Shown here one piece after another: positions 10,102 to 17,425 of a DNA stretch of 64,000 nt. A program made the position numbers and the translations under genes. Below the pieces are notes generated by a model, which worked only from the letters and a program-made list of their open reading frames with translations, searched no databases and was not told the DNA's origin. Origin of the DNA: Acidimicrobiia bacterium (GTDB lineage Bacteria > Actinomycetota > Acidimicrobiia > IMCC26256 > JAGNEX01); the NCBI GenBank assembly GCA_018003035.1, contig JAGNEX010000004.1:651-64650 (forward strand), read 5' to 3'. Within the stretch, counting starts at the first letter, position 1. Each line of letters begins with the position of its first letter.

Positions 10102-11948
10102 TCGTCGCCCTCAACCAGGATCACCGACGAGTTTTTGCCCGCTTTGGACGCTTTCGTCGGGACGGCAGTCGTAGGGGTGCTCGCCGACTCTCTGCTCTGA
10201 GAGATCGCCGTCTCGCTCGCGACTTGTTCGTCGTCGGGTGCGATGCCGTGCTGAGCCATCAGCTGGCTCACCACATCCGAGAACACCGGGGCGGCTAGGA
10301 CACCGCCGTAGTACTCACCGTTTTCTGGATTCTCGATCCGGACGAGAACGACAAACTCCGGGTCCCGGCCTGGAGCAAAGCCGACAAAGCTCCCGTGGTA
10401 GGACGATGACACGTTCGACGGCATATAGAGGCCGTCGAGGCCCACGATCCGCGGCGTTCCGGTCTTGCCGCCGACCTCGTAACCCGGCACATCTGCGCTC
10501 CCGCCTGTTCCGGCCTCTTCCGAAACGACCTCCCGCAGCAGCACACGCATGACGCGCGCGGTCTCTTGGGAGATCACTCGATGCCCCGACTTGGGCTCGA
10601 TGTCGACTTCGGATCCGTCCGCGGCGATGAGCGACGCCCCAAGGTGGGGCGGCATGCGCACACCGTCGTTGGCGATGACGCCATACGCCAGCGCCATCTG
10701 AAGCGCCGAGGCGGTGATGCCCTGCCCGATCGCATAGGTCGGCAGGGTGGAGTCCCGCCAGTCGTCGGTGAGCAAGCCGTCAGCTTCGACAGGCAGATCA
10801 ATTCCGGTCGCGTTTCCAAAACCAAAGGCTGCGAGGTAGTGGCGAAAGCGCTCTTCGCCGAGTTTGCGGGCGATCTGGACCGTTCCGGTGTTGGACGAAG
10901 TCACCAGAATGTTCGCCACGGTCTGCTGCGGGGCTCCGTCGTGGACGTTCGTGATGCTCCGGCCCTCAGCAAGCGGAATGCGCGTCGGAACGTCGATCAG
11001 CGTGTCGGGCGTGACGACGCCATCTTCAAGAGCCCCCGCGACTGCAACGATCTTCATGATCGACCCCGGGTCGTACGCCAAAGCGACCGACCGGTTCTCA
11101 CCGACCATCAGTCCATCGCCTTTCGTTCCCGGTCCGGTCCGGTTCACCATCGCCATGACGGCGCCAGTGCTTGGATGCAACACGATGCCGACGCCACTCG
11201 CCGCTCGGAACTCTTCGAGCGCCTGGTCGACCCGGTGCTCAAAGAACGCCTGAAGGTCGGCGTCGATGGTGGTCCGGAGATGCTTACCTGGCGTTGACGC
11301 CTTGATCGGAGTGGCCTGTGCAGGGGTCGGCCGACCGTTGGCGTCCGACAAGAAGCAGTGCTCGCCGAGTTCACCCGTCAGCTCAGCTGTGTAGGTCAAT
11401 TCGAGGCCCGCGGCGCCCGCCAAGCCGCCGGTCTCTTCGTCCTCGTTAGTAATACCGAGGACGGGTCGGAGGAACTCGTCACCGTTTGGAAACACGCGGG
11501 CGTAACGCCGGATCACATGCAGCGCCCGAATCGAACGTTCCTCGACAGCGTGGGCCTGGGTAGCGGTGAGATCGCCCACCACCTTTGACCAGGTGCTGTT
11601 GGCGCGTAGCGCTTCGAGCAAGTCAGCAGGATCAAGCTCGGCGGCTTCGGCAATGAGGCGCGCTGTTCCCTTCGGATTGGTTACGTCCTTTGGGTTTACA
11701 AAGATGTCAGCGCGTTCGACAGTTCGGACGAGGGTGCGCCCGTGCCGGTCAACAATGTCGCCCCGCCGCCCGTAAAGAGGGACACAGCGGGATCCCTGGC
11801 GGAGCGCGTTGATGGCGACGCCGCCAGCCTCGCTTTCGCCAGCCAACGCCAAGTGCGTGGATCGGTACCCCAAAGCGACGAGCATCGTGCCCGACAGGCC
11901 ACCGGCGAGGAACAGACGTCGTGTGATTCGCGGAGCGGGTTCGGTCAT
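10098..11948 (-). CDS. ftsI: Class B penicillin-binding protein (septal transpeptidase FtsI/PBP3-like)
   Basis: 616 aa. Transpeptidase motifs SxxK (GSIMK), SxN (TSSNTG) and KTG (GGKTGTP). N-terminal hydrophobic anchor. dcw context. Confidence 0.9.
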   Translation of the reverse strand: MTEPAPRITRRLFLAGGLSGTMLVALGYRSTHLALAGESEAGGVAINALRQGSRCVPLYGRRGDIVDRHGRTLVRTVERADIFVNPKDVTNPKGTARLIAEAAELDPADLLEALRANSTWSKVVGDLTATQAHAVEERSIRALHVIRRYARVFPNGDEFLRPVLGITNEDEETGGLAGAAGLELTYTAELTGELGEHCFLSDANGRPTPAQATPIKASTPGKHLRTTIDADLQAFFEHRVDQALEEFRAASGVGIVLHPSTGAVMAMVNRTGPGTKGDGLMVGENRSVALAYDPGSIMKIVAVAGALEDGVVTPDTLIDVPTRIPLAEGRSITNVHDGAPQQTVANILVTSSNTGTVQIARKLGEERFRHYLAAFGFGNATGIDLPVEADGLLTDDWRDSTLPTYAIGQGITASALQMALAYGVIANDGVRMPPHLGASLIAADGSEVDIEPKSGHRVISQETARVMRVLLREVVSEEAGTGGSADVPGYEVGGKTGTPRIVGLDGLYMPSNVSSSYHGSFVGFAPGRDPEFVVLVRIENPENGEYYGGVLAAPVFSDVVSQLMAQHGIAPDDEQVASETAISQSRESASTPTTAVPTKASKAGKNSSVILVEGDE

Positions 11949-12679
11949 CGTGTCGCCTTTGTTCCGTTCGGGATCTCGATGATCTCTACCTCGTCGGCCG
12001 AAGTGCTTGCGGCGGAATCTTTGGCGCTGACCTTTTGGTCCGGCCGGGACTGCTCGTCGGACCCGTCTTCGACGGTGTCGCCTGCGACTGCAGTCGAGGT
12101 TGCCTGTGCCTTGTCGTCCGCAGCAGAGCTTCGAGCATCGACGGCGTCTGCCTCTGCGGCGCCAGGGCCGATCTCGATGACTTGGGTTTGATTGTCTGCC
12201 GCGGCAGTGCTGGTGCCTTCGCCCGGCACGACGACAAAGCCGTTGTGTCCTTGGGTTTCTTCTAGGCCAGCGTCGAGAACGCGGGTTGACGCTTCCACTC
12301 CATCGACCTGTTCGCGCAGGCTGTCGATCTCGCCGCGGAGCCGCTCGTTGCCGGTTTCGATGCCGTCTAGTTGGCGCTGGGATGCGACCAAATGCGCTTC
12401 CAGCGCCATCGCGCCGAACAGCAAGCCGACGACAACCACGGCTCCGACGATCAGGAGTCTGCGCGCCGCCGGCGTGACGTTTCGCCGCGGTTCGGCGGCC
12501 TTTGACCGTTGAGACGGATCAACAGCATCGGCGTTGCGGGCCGTTGCACGCGTGTTGCCGAACGTCTGGCGACCTGGATTCGGTGCCCCACCTCGTTTGC
12601 CTTGGGGCGCAGGGGTCGAACGTCGCGGGCCGGGTTTCGGCGCCTGAACGTCAGAGCGCGTTCGCAAGCTATTCATCAT
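11945..12679 (-). CDS. FtsL-like bitopic division protein (basic N-terminus, one TM helix, coiled coil, long acidic/Ser-Thr-Ala-rich C-terminus)
   Basis: 244 aa. Occupies the ftsL slot between rsmH and ftsI. TM helix LLIVGAVVVVGLLFGAMAL is followed by a heptad-like segment (QRQLDGIETGNERLRGEIDSLREQVDGVE). No sequence-level family match can be asserted. Confidence 0.6.
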   Translation of the reverse strand: MMNSLRTRSDVQAPKPGPRRSTPAPQGKRGGAPNPGRQTFGNTRATARNADAVDPSQRSKAAEPRRNVTPAARRLLIVGAVVVVGLLFGAMALEAHLVASQRQLDGIETGNERLRGEIDSLREQVDGVEASTRVLDAGLEETQGHNGFVVVPGEGTSTAAADNQTQVIEIGPGAAEADAVDARSSAADDKAQATSTAVAGDTVEDGSDEQSRPDQKVSAKDSAASTSADEVEIIEIPNGTKATR

Positions 12680-13718
12680 GTGACTCCTTGCTCATCCCCT
12701 GAGCTGGGCTTTCGGCCGCGACGCGAGTGATCGCGCGCAACCGGGCGCTCCGGGCACGAGGGTTGGCAGCGATTTCAGATGGCCGCGGTGTCCACTTGCC
12801 GAGCGATCGGGCAGGCGGTGCGGATTCGGTGTTGGGCATGAGGCGCTCCGGTCCCCGCGATGTCTGGCCAGGGTGGGTCAGGGCTCGAAACTTCGCCTTG
12901 ACCATCCGGTCCTCAAGGGAGTGGTAGGAGATCACTGCGAGGCGGCCGCCAACGGCCAGCCGCCGCCAAGCTGCATCCAATAGACGATCTAGTTGGCCGA
13001 GTTCATCGTTGACGGCGATGCGCAGTGCTTGAAAGGTGCGCGCAGCGGGGTGGCCACGGCGTTTGCGAGCGACCCCGGGCACCGCGCCCTCGACGATGTC
13101 GGCGAGCTGGCCGGTCGTTTCGATATCGCCAGCGGACTTCACGGCCGTCGCAATGCGCCGCGAGAACTTCTCATCGCCGAGCCTCCAGAGCAGGTCAGCG
13201 AGATCGCCGGTGTCCAAGCTGTCGATCAACTCCCTGGCCGTCTGGCCGTCCCCACCCATACGCATGTCGAGCGGACCGGACCGTTGATACGAGAAGCCCC
13301 GTTCGGCGCGGTCGACCTGTGGACTGGACACGCCGAGATCGGCGAGCACACCAACGAGCGGCGCGTCAGGGTGGAACCCGCTCGCCTGGGCCGCATCGAC
13401 GGCTGCGTCGAAGTCCCCAAACGCTCCCAACACGAAGAAGATCCGGTCAACGGGGTCAGAGTTTGTGTCGGTGGATGTTTCTGTAGCTGTCGTGGTCGAC
13501 TTCAACGCCATGGCCATGGTCATCGCGATGTCGTCCCGGTCGATCCCGATGACGGCGGCATTTGGGTTCGCTTCGAGGATGGCCGTCGTGTGGCCTCCCC
13601 CGCCGAAGGTTGCGTCGACGACAATCCCGTCGACTTCGGAGAACAGCGACTGGACCTCGTCCATGAGAACAGGTTGGTGGTGGAACCCGTCTGGGGTTCC
13701 GGAGCTGTCACGGCACAT
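12669..13718 (-). CDS. rsmH: 16S rRNA (cytosine1402-N4)-methyltransferase RsmH/MraW
   Basis: Motifs HQPVLMDEV, DATFGGGGHT, GIDRD and SYHSLEDR. Start set at ATG 13718 (MCRDSSG...), in frame with the 651-aa track ORF. The upstream 300 aa of that ORF overlap mraZ and are not credible. A GAGGA Shine-Dalgarno lies 7-11 nt upstream. Confidence 0.9.
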   Translation of the reverse strand: MCRDSSGTPDGFHHQPVLMDEVQSLFSEVDGIVVDATFGGGGHTTAILEANPNAAVIGIDRDDIAMTMAMALKSTTTATETSTDTNSDPVDRIFFVLGAFGDFDAAVDAAQASGFHPDAPLVGVLADLGVSSPQVDRAERGFSYQRSGPLDMRMGGDGQTARELIDSLDTGDLADLLWRLGDEKFSRRIATAVKSAGDIETTGQLADIVEGAVPGVARKRRGHPAARTFQALRIAVNDELGQLDRLLDAAWRRLAVGGRLAVISYHSLEDRMVKAKFRALTHPGQTSRGPERLMPNTESAPPARSLGKWTPRPSEIAANPRARSARLRAITRVAAESPAQGMSKESHDE

Positions 13719-13719
13719 A

Positions 13720-13816
13720 TTCAGTTCCTCGACCAGCCGAGTGCGGCCGTCGGGGCGAACCGAGCGGCTGATGGCGGGCGAAGTAGGGACGCACCCATGC
13801 CGGCCGAGGAACTGAA
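13720..13816 (-). promoter_or_regulatory. Extended RNA hairpin in the mraZ-rsmH spacer that pairs the rsmH Shine-Dalgarno (mraW-motif-like leader)
   Basis: Perfect 12-bp inverted repeat: 13720-13731 ttcagttcctcg pairs with 13805-13816 cgaggaactgaa. It extends by 5 pairs (13732-13736/13800-13804, two G-U) and an inner 7-bp stem (13739-13745/13790-13796). The 3' arm contains GAGGA and ends 2 nt before the rsmH ATG. Confidence 0.5.
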
Positions 13817-13855
13817 AATATGTCGTGACCTTGCTCCGTCCTTTCGAGCAACCCT

Positions 13856-14275
13856 TTAGGCGGTCGAGCTCGCCGCCGTGCCGAGCACACGTTGATAGGC
13901 CTCGGGATCCCAAAGTTCGACGTGGGTAATTCCACCGAGGATCTGCACTTGATCGGTGATCCCCGCCAGGTTCTGCAACTCGCTTGGAAGGGCGATGCGC
14001 CCCGCTTTGTCCAAACGGACATCCTCGAGGTGCATCAGCACCCTGCGAACCTCGTCGCGTTCGGCCATATCGCCTGTCCGCAACCTGGTCAGCAGCTCTT
14101 CCCGGCGATATGCCCATTCCTCGGCCGAGTAGAGCATCAGCGCTCCGTGATCGCCGAGTGAGAGCACCGCTTCGCTCATGAACGGCTCCCGAAACTTGCG
14201 CGGCAGCACCACTCGACCTTTGTCGTCGACTGAGTGGCTGTAGGTGCCAAGCAGGTTGCAGGTGGTTTCGCTCAT
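13856..14275 (-). CDS. mraZ: Transcriptional regulator MraZ
   Basis: 139 aa. Two SpoVT/AbrB-like repeats with the duplicated DxxGR motif (DDKGRVVLP and DKAGRIALP). First gene of the dcw cluster. Confidence 0.95.
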   Translation of the reverse strand: MSETTCNLLGTYSHSVDDKGRVVLPRKFREPFMSEAVLSLGDHGALMLYSAEEWAYRREELLTRLRTGDMAERDEVRRVLMHLEDVRLDKAGRIALPSELQNLAGITDQVQILGGITHVELWDPEAYQRVLGTAASSTA

Positions 14276-14345
14276 ATCTCGCCGGGTGTCCAGTCATCGC
14301 CTGGCCGTCGCCTCGTTCGCCTCCGTCCCATCGGTGCTCAAGATA

Positions 14346-14402
14346 ACCCACCGCGCCCCACTTAGGTGCACATTTGCCACATTTTTTCCCACTTTGCCCC
14401 AC
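14346..14402 (-). promoter_or_regulatory. Putative MraZ operator: array of GTGGG direct repeats with about 10-bp phasing
   Basis: Minus strand reads GTGGGG-caaa-GTGGGA-aaaaat-GTGGCA-aat-GTGCAC-ctaa-GTGGGG-cgcg-GTGGGT. Repeat starts are spaced 10, 12, 9, 10 and 10 nt. The array lies 71-127 nt upstream of the mraZ ATG. It is the most AT-rich patch of the leader. Confidence 0.6.
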
Positions 14403-14642
14403 AACGCGCCCATTTGGGCAGAAAGCGACCCCTTTCTGAGTGTTAACTGTCGACGAACCCGTAACGCGCCCCTGCGGCGAAAGCCCAAGCCCGAGGTACC
14501 AGCGGTCGAAGCCGCAGCGGCGGCTTTCGGGCGGAGCGGCAGACAACGGACTGCTTCTGACCTGGGTACCGCCGAGACAGCGCCCAGGAATCCGAGCGCG
14601 ACACGACGTCACGAGCATCCACACGGCCGGGAAAGCCGACGC

Positions 14643-14692
14643 GACCCAGATCGCCCTATTAAGACGTGACCCAGATCGCCCTATTAAGAGGT
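14643..14692. repeat. Two tandem copies of a 25-bp unit GACCCAGATCGCCCTATTAAGA(C/G)GT
   Basis: 14643-14667 and 14668-14692 are identical at 24 of 25 positions. The pair is bracketed by GCCGACG at 14635-14641 and 14694-14700. It lies in the 610-bp non-coding stretch upstream of mraZ. Confidence 0.9.
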
Positions 14693-14885
14693 GGCCGACG
14701 ATGCGTCAGCGGCCGCTAACTCCCGGCGTCAACGGTTACGAGATCCTGCACCGGTCGCTGCCGGCGACCCGACGGGGCACAAGGTCTAGGCGGACCGGCG
14801 CCAACTTCTGTCCGGCCCGGGCGAGGATCGTTCAACAACGACGCCGACCGGGCGTTGGGGTAGCACCCCGACGGATCGGACGGCC

Positions 14886-15125
14886 CTAGAGACGCCGCAT
14901 CTGTTTGACCCACTCCAGATAGCGAATGAAGTCAGAGCTACCGATCGGAGCGTCGGCGTTGCCGTAGGCCGTGAGTTCGCGAAATCTCAAATACTCGGTA
15001 TCAGGACGCGGAAGTCCCTTCCGCCACCAGCGCCTGGGTAGAGTCCGGACTGCCAGGAACAGCGCTGTCGTCCAGAGCCATGGGCGGATCAAAACCGCCA
15101 CAAACTTTTGGCGATCAATACCCAT
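14886..15125 (-). CDS. Small hypothetical protein (79 aa) with one hydrophobic segment
   Basis: ORF MGIDRQKFVAVLIRPWLWTTALFLAVRTLPRRWW.... Plausible amino-acid composition. Divergent from moxR. No family recognised. Confidence 0.45.
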   Translation of the reverse strand: MGIDRQKFVAVLIRPWLWTTALFLAVRTLPRRWWRKGLPRPDTEYLRFRELTAYGNADAPIGSSDFIRYLEWVKQMRRL

Positions 15126-15269
15126 ACCGGGTGAATGCCTTTCAAACCCGAGCCAAATACAAATAGCGCACGCAAACTAGACGACAACGCCTCCTAGACT
15201 GGTACCCCCATCTCCTTGGCCGCCCTTGTCGGGCCGTCAGACGCCCACCCGCAAAAACGAGAGACCGGT

Positions 15270-16217
15270 ATGTCCGCATCGTGGTTTTCCGAACGCTTTT
15301 CCGATCTTGCAGGCAACATCGCCACCGTCATTCGCGGTAAAGACGACGTCATCCGTCAAGCGTTGATCTGCTTGTTCGCGGAGGGACACATCCTGATCGA
15401 GGACGTCCCCGGCACCGGTAAAACGTCGCTGGCCCGAGCCCTGGCACAGTCGATCGAGGGTTCGTGGCGACGCATTCAGTTCACCCCCGACCTGCTCCCA
15501 TCCGACATCACCGGTACGACCGTGTGGCGTCGCTCGAGCGACGACTTTGAGTTCCGGCCGGGCCCGGTCTTTGCAAACATCGTCCTCGCTGACGAGATCA
15601 ACCGTGCATCGCCAAAGACCCAGGCAGCACTCCTCGAGGTCATGGAAGAGCACCAAGTCACGGTGGACAAGCGCTCTTACAAGGTCAGGCCGCCTTTTGT
15701 GGTGGTCGCCACGCAGAACCCGATCGAACATGACGGCACCTATCCCCTGCCTGAGGCGCAGCTCGACCGTTTCATGATGCGGATCCACATGGGCTATCCG
15801 GATCGGGTCGCCGAGTTGGCCGTTCTCGAATCCCACGGTGGCGATGTAGAGCCACCCGTTATCACGCCGGTGGTTTCCCTGGAAGAGGTTCGCAAGCTCG
15901 CAGCGACCTCACATCAGACCTACGTGGCCCCGCCCGTCCGCAACTACCTCCTCGATGTGGTCCTTGCGACACGAAACAACGAGTCCCTTCGCCTCGGGGC
16001 CAGTCCTCGTGGCGCCGTCGCACTGCAACGGGCAGCGATCGTTGCTGCCGCCGCTGCAGGTCGCGACTACGTCGTTCCCGATGACGTAAAGATGCTCGCA
16101 ACTCCCGTGTTGGCACACCGCCTCGTGCTGTCGGGTGAAGCAACCTTCCGGGGACTGAAAACCAACACCATCGTCGACGAGATCCTGAGCGCAGTGCCGG
16201 TTCCGAAAGGTCGATGA
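15270..16217 (+). CDS. moxR: MoxR-family AAA+ ATPase
   Basis: Walker A VPGTGKTSLARALA and Walker B VLADEINRASPKTQ, with the MoxR C-terminal lid region. ATG 15270 is preferred over the TTG at 15216 that opens the track ORF. Confidence 0.92.
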   Translation: MSASWFSERFSDLAGNIATVIRGKDDVIRQALICLFAEGHILIEDVPGTGKTSLARALAQSIEGSWRRIQFTPDLLPSDITGTTVWRRSSDDFEFRPGPVFANIVLADEINRASPKTQAALLEVMEEHQVTVDKRSYKVRPPFVVVATQNPIEHDGTYPLPEAQLDRFMMRIHMGYPDRVAELAVLESHGGDVEPPVITPVVSLEEVRKLAATSHQTYVAPPVRNYLLDVVLATRNNESLRLGASPRGAVALQRAAIVAAAAAGRDYVVPDDVKMLATPVLAHRLVLSGEATFRGLKTNTIVDEILSAVPVPKGR

Positions 16218-17425
16218 TGCGCGTAACGGCGCGTGGACTCGCGCTCGCCTTCGTGGCGGCTGGCTGTTATGCCCTGGGGCGTGCGATCGGTGTTACCGAA
16301 TTGCTGATGATGGCCAGCGCCTGCCTCGTCGTGTTCGTCATCGCTGCTGCTGCCATGGTGATTCAACGAGGCAACGTGCGCGTTGTGCGCAGCCTGGACC
16401 CCACCTACGTCTCTGTGGGTGACGAAGCCATCGTCACCCTGTCGGCGGTCAATCTGAGCAACCGCAGCTCGGGAGATCTCGTCCTCGTTGAACAGGCCGG
16501 CGACGTTTCACGCTCGCTCCCCCTCGAATCGATCCCTGGCGGCGTCGCAGCCGAGACCCGCTACCGCTGTCACCCGCAGCGCCGCGGTCGCATGAGGATT
16601 GGGCCCGCGCTGATCCGGCGCAGCGACATCTTTGGTTTGATGCGACGCGACCGCCAAGACCCTCGCGTCGACGAGTTGCTCGTTCTTCCCCGGGTGCACC
16701 GCATCGCTCCCCCGTACCGTGTCGCTTCGAGAGCTAATTCGCAGGATCGCTCGGCGCGCGTCTCAAGCAGCGGCGACGCCGAGTTCCACGCGCTGCGCGA
16801 CTACGTCGAGGGGGACGATCTGCGCCATGTCCACTGGGCGTCGTCTGCTCGGTTTGGCACCCTCGTCGTCCGGCAACACGAGTATTTCGAGCCGACGGCC
16901 GTCACTCTCCTGCTAGATCAGCGGCCGGGAAGCAGCGAGGACGAAGCCGAGTTCGGCGTCGAAGTCTGCGCCTCGGTGGCGAGCGCGGCGCTCGATGACC
17001 GACAGCGTCTGATCATTATCGGTAGTTCCACTCCCTCCCGGCGTTTCACGGCCGATGAGCGTTTGCCGATGCTCTCCCACCTCGCCGATGTACCAGTCCA
17101 GGTTCAAGGTTCTCTTAGGAGAGCGTTACGTGAATGCCGCGCGTCGGCCGGCGGCGGCATCCTTGTCGTCGTGACACCCAATGTGAGCGAAGAAACATTG
17201 GTGGACATCGCTGAGCTGAGCACGGGATTTCCACGGGTACATGTCGTGGCAATCGGCGGATCGTCTGCCCTCAGCGTGGTTCGCAACACCCTGAGCCGCC
17301 GAGGCGGCGAATCTCCCATGTCAGTGGTGGTGGCAGGTGACGCCGACTCCTTAGCTATCAACTGGAACGCTCTGGCGACCCTCGGTTCGCTCTCCGCTGA
17401 CGCAATGGCAAAGGCTTCTCTATGA
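16214..17425 (+). CDS. DUF58-domain protein (MoxR partner, VWA-like)
   Basis: 403 aa. N-terminal TM helices and the DUF58 signature FHALRDYVEGDDLRHVHWASSAR. ATGA overlap with the moxR stop. Confidence 0.85.
   Translation: MMRVTARGLALAFVAAGCYALGRAIGVTELLMMASACLVVFVIAAAAMVIQRGNVRVVRSLDPTYVSVGDEAIVTLSAVNLSNRSSGDLVLVEQAGDVSRSLPLESIPGGVAAETRYRCHPQRRGRMRIGPALIRRSDIFGLMRRDRQDPRVDELLVLPRVHRIAPPYRVASRANSQDRSARVSSSGDAEFHALRDYVEGDDLRHVHWASSARFGTLVVRQHEYFEPTAVTLLLDQRPGSSEDEAEFGVEVCASVASAALDDRQRLIIIGSSTPSRRFTADERLPMLSHLADVPVQVQGSLRRALRECRASAGGGILVVVTPNVSEETLVDIAELSTGFPRVHVVAIGGSSALSVVRNTLSRRGGESPMSVVVAGDADSLAINWNALATLGSLSADAMAKASL

Noticed and set aside
12669-14624. 651-aa ORF spanning rsmH, the spacer, and the mraZ region and leader
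   Set aside because: Only the last 349 codons (from ATG 13718) carry RsmH motifs. The upstream part is Arg/Gly/Ser-rich with no protein-like pattern. It overlaps the well-supported mraZ gene in another frame and reads through the structured spacer. This is a high-GC open-frame artefact.
14440-14913. ORFs of 149 aa (plus strand) and 65 aa (minus strand) in the mraZ upstream region
   Set aside because: The composition is Arg/Pro-rich, and there is no Shine-Dalgarno or family resemblance. The region is better explained as non-coding leader or regulatory DNA.
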